In this document: piece by piece, positions 44,873 through 54,977 of the stretch
Layout: each line of letters begins with the position of its first letter
How positions within the stretch are numbered: the first letter of the stretch is position 1
Notes under the pieces: generated by a model
What the model saw: only the letters and a program-made list of their open reading frames with translations
What the model was told of the DNA's origin: nothing
Databases searched by the model: none
Position numbers and translations under genes: made by a program
From: a virus
Lineage: Duplodnaviria; Heunggongvirae; Uroviricota; Caudoviricetes
Length of the DNA: 64,000 nucleotides
IMG/VR virus record: IMGVR_UViG_3300020049_008481
Reading direction: 5' to 3' (one strand)

Positions 44873-47800
44873 GCTAGGGTTTTTACCTTAGATACAGATA
44901 GCTTATTGTTATCCTCTAACATTCTACCTTTAACCCATACCACAGAGTCCTCGTTAAGAAGAGATATTACTTTTGGATAGTCTTTTGGGAATACGACAGC
45001 TTCAACACTCCACTCTAAATCTTCTAAATTAAAAGTAGCCATCCAATCCCCTTTCTTAGTTATCTTCTTTTGTATATTACTAACCATACCTGTAGTGCTT
45101 ACATAAGCACTACCCTTAGACTCCACTAGTTCACCTATAGTAAACTCCCTACCCTGTTCTAGTATTCCCTCCATCCCAATTAAAGGATGATCACTAACAT
45201 AAACCCCAAGAACTTCCTTTTCTTTAGCCATTTTCTCTTCACGGGAAAACTCTTCAAGGGGAATCGCCACGTCATGTTCAAACACATCGAACAAAGTCAT
45301 GACCCCATTATCTTCATCTTTTTGATGCCTCTTAGATTTCTTTAATGAATCTTCATAAATACTTAGCAGGCCCTTGCGACTATGGCCTAAAGAATCAAAT
45401 GCACCTGCATTAATCAACGAACCAAGTGCCTTCTTATTTATAAGAGCCATAGGTCCATCCTTAATGAACTTGTGAAAATCGGAATAAGGGCCACCGTACT
45501 CTTCAACAAGGCTCACCGATACAGCCTGACCAACATCTCTTACGGCTGCCATGGCGAACAGGATGGCCCCGTCCTCGGTTGGCGCGAAATCAACTCCTGA
45601 TTTGTTAATGTCTGGGACCAAGACGGGGATTTGCATTCGTCTACATTCATTTAAATAGATAGCTAGCTTATCTGACTTATCTATCACGCTGGTTAGTAAC
45701 GCTGCCATATACTCGACTGGATAATGAGCTTTAAGGTATGCGGTTTGATACGCAATAAAGCCATAAGAGTAAGCATGGCTAGCGTTAAAAGCATAATCGG
45801 CAAATGGTTCCATGATGTCGAACAAAGAATGGCCTATAGTTCCATACCCCTGGGCTATGCACCCTTGAACAAACTTGTCCCGCTCAGCAGCAATAAGATT
45901 CCTATCTTTTTTACCCATTGCTTTTCGGAGCATATCTGCTTCAGCCAGAGAATAGCCAGCCATTTTCTGGGCAACCTTCATGATGCTTTCTTGATAGATC
46001 ATCAGACCGTATGTGCTGGAAAGCACATCTTCAAGATCAGGATGGTAATAGGTGACAGGTTTGCGACCAGTCTTTCTGTCAGCGTAATCTTTATGCATAT
46101 TAGCTGCCATAGGGCCAGGACGGTACAAAGCCACCAGGGCTGCTACGTCATCCAAGGAATTCGGTTCCAAGAGTTTCATGAGGTTCCGCATTTCCTTAGA
46201 TTCTAGCTGGAAAACACCTATAGCGTGACCTGACTGTAGTAGGTCAAACGTCTTACCATCCTCTAAGGGAAGTTCATCAATATCAACCTCTACTCCTTGG
46301 CGGGACTTAACGTGTTTAAGTGTATCAGTTATAACATCAAGGTTCCTTAAAGCCAAGAAATCCATCTTTAATAACCCTAAGTCATCACAAGCCGTAGCCT
46401 CATATTGGGTTACGATAGGGGCCTCTTCTGGGTCTTGATTGACTTTATTCTTACGTTGAATCGGCACATAGTCAGTTAAAGGATCTTTGGTGATAATTAC
46501 GGCTGCCGCATGGATGCCGTCCTGCCTACGCAGGTCTTCCAGTCCCAGGGCGACATCAATAACTTTTTTAGTATCTGGATCGCGGTTATATAGCTCACGC
46601 AAATCCTTTGCTAAGCCATAGCCGTCTTTGAATTCTTCTTTCAATTCAAAGCAAGCATGAAGTGGAGTGCTTCTGCCAGCTATAAGCTTGGGCATGAGCC
46701 TATTAATATTACGTCCCACATCGAATTCATAACCTAAGACTCTAGCTGCGTCCTGCACGGCAGCCCTCGCCTTAATAGTTGAGAACGTAATGATTTGGGC
46801 AACATGGTCACGCCCATATTTCTGTGCAGCATAATTAATCATATGATCACGATAACGTGAATCAAAGTCCATATCTATGTCTGCCATAGAAACCCTATCT
46901 GGATTTAAGAAACGTTCGAACAGCAAATCGTACTTGATAGGGTTAATGTTTGTTACACCTAGAGAATAGGCTACTGCGCTTCCAGCGGCGCTACCCCGAC
47001 CTGCGCCGGTACGAATCCCATTTTCTTTAGCATGACGAATTAGGTCCCATACAACTAAGAAGTAAGATTCCAACCCAAGGTTAGATATAACATCCAACTC
47101 ATAGCCTAGTCTATAGATAACTTCATCTGGAAGATCTTGACCCCATCGCTCAACAGCACCTTCAAAAGTGAGATGATGTAGATAAGACTTATAATCATTA
47201 AAGCCAATTGGCAGAGGGAATTCTGGCATAGAGGGTCGATGAAAGTCTATTTCAACGTTACAACGCTCAGCTACAAGTAACGTGTTGTCACAAGCGACTT
47301 CAACTTCACGAAACAGATAACGCATTTCTTCAGCGGTTTTAATATAGTGCTCTTCACCTGTGAACTTAAATCTGTCAGGATCGGATAATCTAGAACCCGT
47401 TTGGACACAATTATGTGTTACAATTCCATCAGCTATGTATGTATGATCTTCAGAAACATCAATAGAATAAACATCACCAGAATAATTTTCTCTACTTACA
47501 GTGATAGCCTGCCACGCACCCGATCCTGCATAAGTATGAACACTACTACTAAGACCAGGAGCACACATCAACATCCCAGATAATAAATTACAAGCTCTTA
47601 TCTCGTTAGTCCTTCTTTGCCCCGGTTGTAAAGTTCGGACATCCCAGAATGGATACTCAAACTTTCTATTATATGAGCTAATGCAGTTTTTAGCCCTAGC
47701 TTCAAGATCACATTCTCCGGTGGTTCGCTCCCATAGGGGCTTGTAATAGTCAGTTCTAGGCAAACTTTTCCTTACATCATAAAAAGACCAAGTAGGAATT

Positions 47801-49053
47801 CCAAACTTTTGACTTATGAATAGTTCTTCTTGATTAGCTTCTGCCTTTGTTTTGTGAACAGTTAAAGCCCATATTGCATCAGCATTTTGTTCTTTAGCCC
47901 TAGCTATTAATCCTAAAACTCCGGTTCCAGGCCTATTCTTAGACCTAATCCTTTGGAATTGGGTCGACCCAATCCTGTATTTACTTCCTTGACGCATTAT
48001 GTAGGTTACATAGTTACCATCAGTCGGATCAGAATCCAGTCTAACTATGCAGATATGATCGTCGGTATATCGAGATTCTTCTCCACTAGTCAGATTTACC
48101 TTTATAAGTTCTCCAAGATATTGTCTTGATCCAACCTGAGTCACATAGTTACCAAGTTTATGGACTCGTCCTTTCCTATCTTTTCCAGACCAAGAGACTA
48201 CCCGATCACCAACCCTTATATCCTCTATATTGGTGGCATCAACTAGAACCTTCCACGAGGACCCCCTTGGATTACCAGCTAAAGTCGTTCCAGTAACTCT
48301 AAGAACTTTTGTACCAGGGGGCTGACAAAGTAAAGCCCCATGAGACTCTGCATCATGCTTATGCACGTAATGACTATCGTTAGTTGCAACTAACGGAGCG
48401 TTTAGCTTCTTAGCTATCCTCATAAGCGAAGGGTTTGTAAAAGTCTGCTCTTCTAAACCATGATCTTGAATTTCAATAAACAGATTATCTTTACCAAAGA
48501 TATCTTGCAATCGAGCAGCTTTAGCTAGGGCGGCATTATAGTTGTCCCTTTTACCTCTTCGCTTATTAAGTAGTTCCTGTAAGACATGCCCGCCAAGGCA
48601 GCCTGTCGTCGCAATGATGCCTCTAGAATGTTGCTCTAGAAGTTCCCAGTCTACTTTAGGTTTCTTGTAATACCCCTCTAAGTAAGCTTTACTTGACAGT
48701 TGAATAAGGTTCTGATAACCCTCATTAGTCTCAGCCAAAGTGGTTATATGATAATACTGCTTCAGATTGTCTTCAGTTTCACCACCGCCATCTTTTACTT
48801 TCCCCTTACTGGTGATGCGTTCAGTTCTGTGGTCCCTAGCCTGGTACAACTCGCTACCAATAATAGGTTTTATACCAGCCGCCTTAGCCGCCTTGTAGAA
48901 GGGGATAACGCCATACATGTTACCATGATCAGTGATAGCTGCTGCTGGCTGGTCATCTTCAGCCACCGCCGCAACAACTCCATCCACCTTCGCTGCGCCA
49001 TCGAGCATGGAATACTCTGTATGCAGATGAAGGTGGGCAAATGATTTACCCAA
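44869..49053 (-). CDS. dnaE: DNA polymerase III alpha subunit (DnaE-type, PHP domain) containing an intein
   Basis: N-terminal PHP block HLHLHTEYSMLDGA; LVATNDSHYV...HGALL|C...; extended Pol IIIalpha core to residue 1394; about 200 aa longer than typical DnaE, accounted for by a 306-aa intein. Confidence 0.85.
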   Translation of the reverse strand: MGKSFAHLHLHTEYSMLDGAAKVDGVVAAVAEDDQPAAAITDHGNMYGVIPFYKAAKAAGIKPIIGSELYQARDHRTERITSKGKVKDGGGETEDNLKQYYHITTLAETNEGYQNLIQLSSKAYLEGYYKKPKVDWELLEQHSRGIIATTGCLGGHVLQELLNKRRGKRDNYNAALAKAARLQDIFGKDNLFIEIQDHGLEEQTFTNPSLMRIAKKLNAPLVATNDSHYVHKHDAESHGALLCQPPGTKVLRVTGTTLAGNPRGSSWKVLVDATNIEDIRVGDRVVSWSGKDRKGRVHKLGNYVTQVGSRQYLGELIKVNLTSGEESRYTDDHICIVRLDSDPTDGNYVTYIMRQGSKYRIGSTQFQRIRSKNRPGTGVLGLIARAKEQNADAIWALTVHKTKAEANQEELFISQKFGIPTWSFYDVRKSLPRTDYYKPLWERTTGECDLEARAKNCISSYNRKFEYPFWDVRTLQPGQRRTNEIRACNLLSGMLMCAPGLSSSVHTYAGSGAWQAITVSRENYSGDVYSIDVSEDHTYIADGIVTHNCVQTGSRLSDPDRFKFTGEEHYIKTAEEMRYLFREVEVACDNTLLVAERCNVEIDFHRPSMPEFPLPIGFNDYKSYLHHLTFEGAVERWGQDLPDEVIYRLGYELDVISNLGLESYFLVVWDLIRHAKENGIRTGAGRGSAAGSAVAYSLGVTNINPIKYDLLFERFLNPDRVSMADIDMDFDSRYRDHMINYAAQKYGRDHVAQIITFSTIKARAAVQDAARVLGYEFDVGRNINRLMPKLIAGRSTPLHACFELKEEFKDGYGLAKDLRELYNRDPDTKKVIDVALGLEDLRRQDGIHAAAVIITKDPLTDYVPIQRKNKVNQDPEEAPIVTQYEATACDDLGLLKMDFLALRNLDVITDTLKHVKSRQGVEVDIDELPLEDGKTFDLLQSGHAIGVFQLESKEMRNLMKLLEPNSLDDVAALVALYRPGPMAANMHKDYADRKTGRKPVTYYHPDLEDVLSSTYGLMIYQESIMKVAQKMAGYSLAEADMLRKAMGKKDRNLIAAERDKFVQGCIAQGYGTIGHSLFDIMEPFADYAFNASHAYSYGFIAYQTAYLKAHYPVEYMAALLTSVIDKSDKLAIYLNECRRMQIPVLVPDINKSGVDFAPTEDGAILFAMAAVRDVGQAVSVSLVEEYGGPYSDFHKFIKDGPMALINKKALGSLINAGAFDSLGHSRKGLLSIYEDSLKKSKRHQKDEDNGVMTLFDVFEHDVAIPLEEFSREEKMAKEKEVLGVYVSDHPLIGMEGILEQGREFTIGELVESKGSAYVSTTGMVSNIQKKITKKGDWMATFNLEDLEWSVEAVVFPKDYPKVISLLNEDSVVWVKGRMLEDNNKLSVSKVKTLA
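47410..48327 (-). other. intein in the PHP domain of DnaE (Cys1 ... TDDH block B ... VTHN, +1 Cys)
   Basis: Begins CQPPGTKVLRV after ...ESHGALL and ends DVYSIDVSEDHTYIADGIVTHN|CVQTGSRLSDP. Removal restores the conserved HGALLCVQTG...DPDR DnaE sequence. No clear LAGLIDADG motif. Confidence 0.6.
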
Positions 49054-49056
49054 AAC

Positions 49057-49368
49057 TTATCCTTTTTGTTTTACCCCATTGACAACAATCCAAACAGGAT
49101 GGTATTTAGCATACGACTGTCTATGATGCTCCGGCAGGATCTTCTTATGCCCCAACATCAAATGCCATGTTAATGCCATCCACAGACTATTAACGGCAAC
49201 GAGTCCAAATCTATTCCTAGACATTCTACGATAGAACGAAGAAAGAGTTTCCTTCTCTTTTCTTATCGCCCAAAGATCATACACTACAACCGAACCGAAT
49301 ACAGCAGCCCAACCCAAAACTGGCTCAAGGCTAATTAATTTCGTATTCATCGAGGATTTTAATTGCAC
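49057..49368 (-). CDS. small membrane protein (2 TM), holin candidate
   Basis: 103 aa with two hydrophobic helices and a charged C-terminus; located in the lysis cassette. Confidence 0.35.
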   Translation of the reverse strand: MQLKSSMNTKLISLEPVLGWAAVFGSVVVYDLWAIRKEKETLSSFYRRMSRNRFGLVAVNSLWMALTWHLMLGHKKILPEHHRQSYAKYHPVWIVVNGVKQKG

Positions 49369-50014
49369 CTAAGAAAATCACTTGAGTATCTTTCTTAGCA
49401 TGCAGAGGGATAAGTGGCCATGCCTGAACTTCCACTTTGTTACGTTTCCCCGTTTTAACGTTAACATTGGTATATGAAACATTAAACTCTAGACGGTAAT
49501 GATAAGACGCATCAGAAGCATCCTTTACACGCACTCTATCCTCAGCCGCTACCGCAGACCAAAATTGTCCCAGAGCAGCCTCTGCATATGTGATGCCCAA
49601 TAGTTTATACCATTCACTATTAGCCCAAATGAATTCACCATCACCTTCCACAGTTGATTTGATGATATACGAAGCTGTAGGACAATGAATAGTGTGAGCC
49701 TTGAAAGTAGCGACAGCCATTTCTGCTGCGTTGTTTGAAAGATCCTCGGAAAACTGAGTAACAATGTCTTTAATCTTTTTTATATCTTCAGTCTGATTAA
49801 ATGAGTTGCGCAGTTTGTGATTGATTCCTTCAATTGACTCTATAATTCCCTTTTGCCCCTCAGACAAAGATTGGATCTGATAGATCCTATCTATAGAAGA
49901 AAGAAAATTACCAAATGTTTTGACCGCTCGCAGAAACTTTGGCACCAGGGCCAGAACCGCAGAGAAGGCTAGGATGCCTAGCATTATAGCAACGACAGTA
50001 CCCCAGGTTATCAT
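49331..50014 (-). CDS. membrane-anchored protein (N-terminal TM)
   Basis: ORF; one N-terminal TM helix. Confidence 0.45.
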   Translation of the reverse strand: MITWGTVVAIMLGILAFSAVLALVPKFLRAVKTFGNFLSSIDRIYQIQSLSEGQKGIIESIEGINHKLRNSFNQTEDIKKIKDIVTQFSEDLSNNAAEMAVATFKAHTIHCPTASYIIKSTVEGDGEFIWANSEWYKLLGITYAEAALGQFWSAVAAEDRVRVKDASDASYHYRLEFNVSYTNVNVKTGKRNKVEVQAWPLIPLHAKKDTQVIFLGAIKILDEYEIN

Positions 50015-50628
50015 TACCCAGCCTTATCTACTAGTATGAATCGCTCGGTTCTCCAGCATTGCCTTTCACCAGTTTTGCCACTTGAATCTAACTTCTGCGG
50101 TATCTCGCAACCACCAATAATAAACTCTGGACCGATACCATTTTTCATGTTTCCTAAAGCGTATTCTCTTACCTCAATGGGGATATGGTTTTCATATGGA
50201 GTCTTTGCGCTACACCCAATCAACCTTACTGCTGGTGGCTTATTGGCTGGCTGAGGTACCTCATAAACAAATCCACCAGGATATACAGAATGCCAACCAA
50301 GAATGCCGGTTACAAGAACTTCTTCTTTAGCACACTTTACTCCAGAAGTCTTAACCGTCCCATTGATATCTACGGTAGCAACTTGAGAATTATCACCAGT
50401 TAATGAATCTATCCTAGGGCCACTATTGGTCACAGGCTGCACTGGGTACGGCCCCAGTGGTCTCCACTCATCTGGCTTAATGAGCTTGTAAGTTATGACA
50501 GCAGAAGTCAGTCCAACTAAAAGAGCAGCAACAAGCAAGATAACTGATCCTCTATTGATACGTTTACGCGCCTTTACTACAGCCTGGCGAATGTAAATGT
50601 TCACAGTAGAATTTTTGAGAATACTCAT
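50014..50628 (-). CDS. membrane-anchored protein (N-terminal signal-anchor)
   Basis: ORF; N-terminal TM GSVILLVAALLVGLTSAVITY. Confidence 0.45.
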   Translation of the reverse strand: MSILKNSTVNIYIRQAVVKARKRINRGSVILLVAALLVGLTSAVITYKLIKPDEWRPLGPYPVQPVTNSGPRIDSLTGDNSQVATVDINGTVKTSGVKCAKEEVLVTGILGWHSVYPGGFVYEVPQPANKPPAVRLIGCSAKTPYENHIPIEVREYALGNMKNGIGPEFIIGGCEIPQKLDSSGKTGERQCWRTERFILVDKAG

Positions 50629-50675
50629 TTAATCCCCTCACTGATAACATCGGGGATTAAATAAGACAAATAAAG

Positions 50676-51512
50676 TTAGGTGGACTGATAGTAGGCCCCA
50701 TACCATGCAAGAATAGCCATAGTCTTAGAACCAACAACACCGTTTATAACAGGGAACGGACGTTCCTGCTTGTTAAGGTCTGCCAGCTCATTGGCGTAAC
50801 CCTTGAAATAAACAACCTGTACTAATGTTGTTTCGTCAAACCTACCATCTCCACGGTTCTTCGGCCCCTTATACTTCCAATGAGGAAGTATAACATTTAG
50901 CCTGTTGTGGACATACCGTACAGCCTGGGGGTCATTGGTTTTATAGTCCTCAAGCGTTAAAGAGGCAGTCAGAGTCGGCATAGCCGGAATAACAACCGGA
51001 GGCTTCGAAGGCGCAGGCTTAACGTAAGTGTAATCTATGATCCCATAGCCAACAATGGAAGAAGTGCTACGATAGTGTTCGACAACAATACCACCGTTAT
51101 CTTGGGAGCCACCCGAACTAGTGTTCCCCTCTATAGTGTGGATGCGCCCATCCTTCAGGACACCTAAAACAATCCCCACATGGCTAGGACGCCCCTTGCC
51201 GAAATCAAAGAAAACAATCCAACCACGCTGGGGGCGAGTCGACTTGCTAGCCCACTTACCTTTAGACTTAAACCAAGAAACCCCACTAGGACAGTATGCG
51301 CCACCCTTAGATGTAGTACATGGGAACGGAGAGAACCCTAAAGCAGTATAGAAAACCCATGAAACAAACATAAAACACCATGGGCCAGTGAAACCCCACC
51401 AGTCAGAATACTTAACTCGGTTAGACCCAGCAGGAACTTCTTTAACCCCACGCTGAGAATAAGCCAACGCTAAAATCTGCTCACGGTCAGCTACAGTCAA
51501 CTGTCTAGACAT
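50676..51512 (-). CDS. endolysin: CHAP-domain peptidase with C-terminal peptidoglycan-binding (PG_binding_1-like) domain
   Basis: Catalytic Cys in GPWCFMFVSW and His in SHVGIVLGV...IEGN (CHAP). C-terminal AVRYVHNRLN...INGVVGSKTMAILAWYG matches the PG-binding D-G-x-x-G-x-x-T pattern. Confidence 0.65.
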   Translation of the reverse strand: MSRQLTVADREQILALAYSQRGVKEVPAGSNRVKYSDWWGFTGPWCFMFVSWVFYTALGFSPFPCTTSKGGAYCPSGVSWFKSKGKWASKSTRPQRGWIVFFDFGKGRPSHVGIVLGVLKDGRIHTIEGNTSSGGSQDNGGIVVEHYRSTSSIVGYGIIDYTYVKPAPSKPPVVIPAMPTLTASLTLEDYKTNDPQAVRYVHNRLNVILPHWKYKGPKNRGDGRFDETTLVQVVYFKGYANELADLNKQERPFPVINGVVGSKTMAILAWYGAYYQST

Positions 51513-51651
51513 CTTTATACTCCTTCACCGGCTTGCGATCTTCTTTGTCATCAAGCATAGGAGGTTGGGGGCCATCTTCAGGGGTGGCACCGTTATCTGT
51601 TTGCTCTAAAAGCAGACCCTCTGTTATAATAAGTTCTTTTTCTGTAGGCAT
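51509..51651 (-). CDS. tiny ORF (about 47 aa) overlapping the endolysin start
   Basis: ATG ... GATGTCTAG overlapping the endolysin ATG; below track cutoff. Confidence 0.2.
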
Positions 51652-51827
51652 AGCATCTCCTAGATATCTATTTTATTATCCCTAATGTAATCTGCAAGCC
51701 GTAACTGTGCAGTCCTTAAACCCGAAACTGTAGTAGCTGATGCAATAGCTGCCCGAGTCGACACCAAATCTGCATCGACAACATCAGGCACTTCTACAAT
51801 TTCACCATCTTGCCATTCTAAACCCAT
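51652..51827 (-). CDS. tiny ORF (about 58 aa) starting at the TAATG overlap with the tail-fibre gene stop
   Basis: ATG overlaps TAA of 51827..54535; below track cutoff. Confidence 0.25.
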
Positions 51828-54535
51828 TAATCAACTCTCCTTGCTGAAATGCCATGGAATCTACAGGTTGCAACAGCAGCCGTAACCCTCAACGTGACAA
51901 CAGTTTTAGCTGTAAGCACTTTGTCAGCATCTACGATTGAAACAACTGGGGTGTTAGTCCCTAAATATGTCGACATAGCAGACCCTAAGTTAGAGCTATT
52001 AATAGCTAGCTGTAATGTACTCGAAGCATTAGCGTTGATAGCCGTATAGTGGGCTTGGAATCTCCACGTACCCGCTTCAAGCTCATCAACCCATTCTAGA
52101 TATCCCGTTGCAGCTATAGCCATATACATGTTAGAACCAGACATGGTTCCAGAAGAAACTGCTGAGTACGACCAGTAGTGCCATGCTCTAGCCATTCTAG
52201 TAGCAGAGAGCGCATCCACATAAGTCTTAACTGCCTTCTGGGAAGGTAAGGTTGTATCGCTATTTGCGACTAACGTGCCATCCGTATCTAAGGTCAGCAG
52301 GCTGGCTGTAGCAGCACCTGTGAAATACGGTATCTTATTAGCTGCCGAGGTGGTCCCCGCTATAGCTGCAAGGTCCGCGTCATAAGCTTGAACGTCTGTA
52401 CCGACAATAAGACCTAATGACGTTGGAGTTACCGCTGCCGCTGCGCCTGCAGTATCGAACTCTGCAGCATTATGTGTTACTATGTCACCAAAAGTAGGAA
52501 GATCGCCAGGCTGGACCGCGCTGTCCGCTGTAGCACCCTGGGCAGCCGTAGCAAAGTCCCCTACGGCACTTAATGACGAATCATAGAGCACCCACCAACC
52601 ATCAAGAGCCTTCAGTAAATCGACTCTACCCAAAGTTGAGATAGAATACGAGCTAACACTATCACCAGATAGGTCACGGATTATCTCACTATCAGTAGGA
52701 GTGAGGGTGACTGCACCTTCAGCGGCGATGATCGTGAAAATTTGACCATCAGGAAATTGTGCAAACGTAGGGAGAAGTAATTCATCAACGCCAATTAGTG
52801 TTCCATCTTGTGTAACTAATATATCCCCATCAGTAAATTCACGCACTTTACGTACTTGAGCGTGACCTCTTGGAACTGGGGCATTACTCCCAAAGACTGG
52901 GTACCAAGGCTGCACGCCGAAGTCCAGTAGAACAGAGTCAGCTTCAGCAGGAGGTGTAACTGGCCATCCACCTGGAATAGTTACAGTGCCATCAGCCGCT
53001 AGGTTACCTTCCACTCCTTCATCAGTACGCCATACGGTCCACGCATATGGGGCATCTGCATCTTGAGTGACCCAACGGGCACGGAAAGCACCACAGCTAG
53101 AAAGGGTCCAATCGCTATCTGGTCGCGCCCAGGTCGGAACCGTAACAATAGGATCGGTAGGGTCTACTGCATCTTTGCCACCAAGGAGAGTTCCGGTTAG
53201 TAGGATTGTGAACCCATTGGCTGCCAGATGGACCGGAGTTAACGGCGGAATACCAACGAATGGCATAACCATGCCATTAGGGTCTTGGCTATACCAGTTG
53301 TCGCCTATAACTGGACCGTCATCTGACCACGTTGGGAAGCTTGTCCATGCCCCATCATGTTCACCATAAGCTGGGAACGGAAGGTCATACTGGTTAATAA
53401 CTTGAGGAAGCTCATTGTCGTTAGTCACCCATGCGTATTCTGTCTCAGGAGTCCAAAGGCCACTAACCCCATCGGGGACATTGCCGTCTCCATCTACGTT
53501 ATTAGCATCCATAGACAACCTAAGAGTGCCATCTATGCCATCAAAAACTTCTAGCTTCGCTACGTCAAGTCGCCCAGGGCCGATACCGATATGAGGAATA
53601 AGATCAGTTACATCATAAATTGATGTCAGGCCGTCTGTAATTGACTCGGAAACAAAAGTCTCCCAGAACCTACCATCCTCGGTGGCCTCCCCACCTTCTT
53701 GGATTCTCCGTTGGAACTCAACGATCCCGGTAGCAAAAGTAAGCTTGTAACGTATCTCCTGAAACACATCAGGCATTAGACCGACTACTTCTAGGTGCCC
53801 GACTTCATCAATTTCCCCAGATTCAGTCCACTCTAAAAAGTGTCTAGGTCTCCCACCTTTCCAGAAAACCGCAGCCTCAATAACATCACATTCCGAAATG
53901 GAGTCATTAGGATGAATGATTGTGAAAAATTCCGAGTAAGAAGAGATTAGGCCAAACTCTGAACCATAGTTCACTGGCCTGATGGTAGCTCTGATATCTA
54001 GACCATCACCTGTAAAAGCTGGTATCGATGGACCATTAAACATAGCCTCACGCCATGCATTCACCCCACCACATCTAAGATAATTTCCAGTATAGTCAGT
54101 CCCAATTGCAGGACCAACCTCATCAATCAAACCCAACGCCTTAGTGACTAGATCATAAATTTCACCTGTAGTCACAGAACCAGAAATCAACCCACCGTAA
54201 AGAAGCTCAATGTTTTTTACGATATTATCGATAGCTAGCCTAATATCAGAAGGCTGATCAGTAACGTGAACACCAACTAGATACTTATAAATATTTAGTG
54301 CCTCTTCTGGCAAGACCACACTAAAGTTATCCAAGAACATCTGCGCCAAGGTGTCAAATGCGTCACTAATAGTATCTGGATCTAAGATGCCTAACGTATC
54401 ATCAGGGATGCTATCATCATAGCTAGAACCAGAAATAGTTACAGGACCACCTATTCCTAGGACAGTAGGTTCAGCAAGATTAGCCGGAACCTCTATAGTC
54501 ATAACCTCGCTATTACTTAAATCAACAGTAGGCAT
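51827..54535 (-). CDS. minor tail / tail-fibre protein (902 aa)
   Basis: Large ORF in the tail module rich in Gly/Thr/Asp beta-type sequence; ATGA overlap with the upstream gene. Confidence 0.5.
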   Translation of the reverse strand: MPTVDLSNSEVMTIEVPANLAEPTVLGIGGPVTISGSSYDDSIPDDTLGILDPDTISDAFDTLAQMFLDNFSVVLPEEALNIYKYLVGVHVTDQPSDIRLAIDNIVKNIELLYGGLISGSVTTGEIYDLVTKALGLIDEVGPAIGTDYTGNYLRCGGVNAWREAMFNGPSIPAFTGDGLDIRATIRPVNYGSEFGLISSYSEFFTIIHPNDSISECDVIEAAVFWKGGRPRHFLEWTESGEIDEVGHLEVVGLMPDVFQEIRYKLTFATGIVEFQRRIQEGGEATEDGRFWETFVSESITDGLTSIYDVTDLIPHIGIGPGRLDVAKLEVFDGIDGTLRLSMDANNVDGDGNVPDGVSGLWTPETEYAWVTNDNELPQVINQYDLPFPAYGEHDGAWTSFPTWSDDGPVIGDNWYSQDPNGMVMPFVGIPPLTPVHLAANGFTILLTGTLLGGKDAVDPTDPIVTVPTWARPDSDWTLSSCGAFRARWVTQDADAPYAWTVWRTDEGVEGNLAADGTVTIPGGWPVTPPAEADSVLLDFGVQPWYPVFGSNAPVPRGHAQVRKVREFTDGDILVTQDGTLIGVDELLLPTFAQFPDGQIFTIIAAEGAVTLTPTDSEIIRDLSGDSVSSYSISTLGRVDLLKALDGWWVLYDSSLSAVGDFATAAQGATADSAVQPGDLPTFGDIVTHNAAEFDTAGAAAAVTPTSLGLIVGTDVQAYDADLAAIAGTTSAANKIPYFTGAATASLLTLDTDGTLVANSDTTLPSQKAVKTYVDALSATRMARAWHYWSYSAVSSGTMSGSNMYMAIAATGYLEWVDELEAGTWRFQAHYTAINANASSTLQLAINSSNLGSAMSTYLGTNTPVVSIVDADKVLTAKTVVTLRVTAAVATCRFHGISARRVD

Positions 54536-54966
54536 TAGACCTCACCACCCGGCCCCTCGACCTTTAACTTTCCTCTAGCAATAGTGAACGGCTGCCCGCC
54601 GTCAGGAGTTAGCCAACATCTCCAATGCGTCTGCTCTACAAAATCTGCAGTCACCTGGAACGTGACAGAAACGGCACCTTCTGTGGGGTCCGTACTTATT
54701 TCTGCTGAAAGATCATCAACCTCTGCGCTCCCTACATCTGCAGACTCATAAATTTTAGCAGTCACGGTATGATCTGTTAAATCAAACGGCACGCGTGACG
54801 CAGCCGCTAACTCTTCGATACTAGCGCCGGGGTTAGCAGCAACCCAATCTGGGTCGATAGAAGTAACATACATGGTTAGAGTCCGTGCATCTGAACGTGG
54901 AAGTTTTTCAATATTGACCTCCACAGGTCCAAGATTTATGTTAACTTTAATAACATCAACAGCCAT
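54535..54966 (-). CDS. minor tail protein (143 aa)
   Basis: ORF in the tail module. Confidence 0.45.
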   Translation of the reverse strand: MAVDVIKVNINLGPVEVNIEKLPRSDARTLTMYVTSIDPDWVAANPGASIEELAAASRVPFDLTDHTVTAKIYESADVGSAEVDDLSAEISTDPTEGAVSVTFQVTADFVEQTHWRCWLTPDGGQPFTIARGKLKVEGPGGEV

Positions 54967-54977
54967 AAGTACCCATC

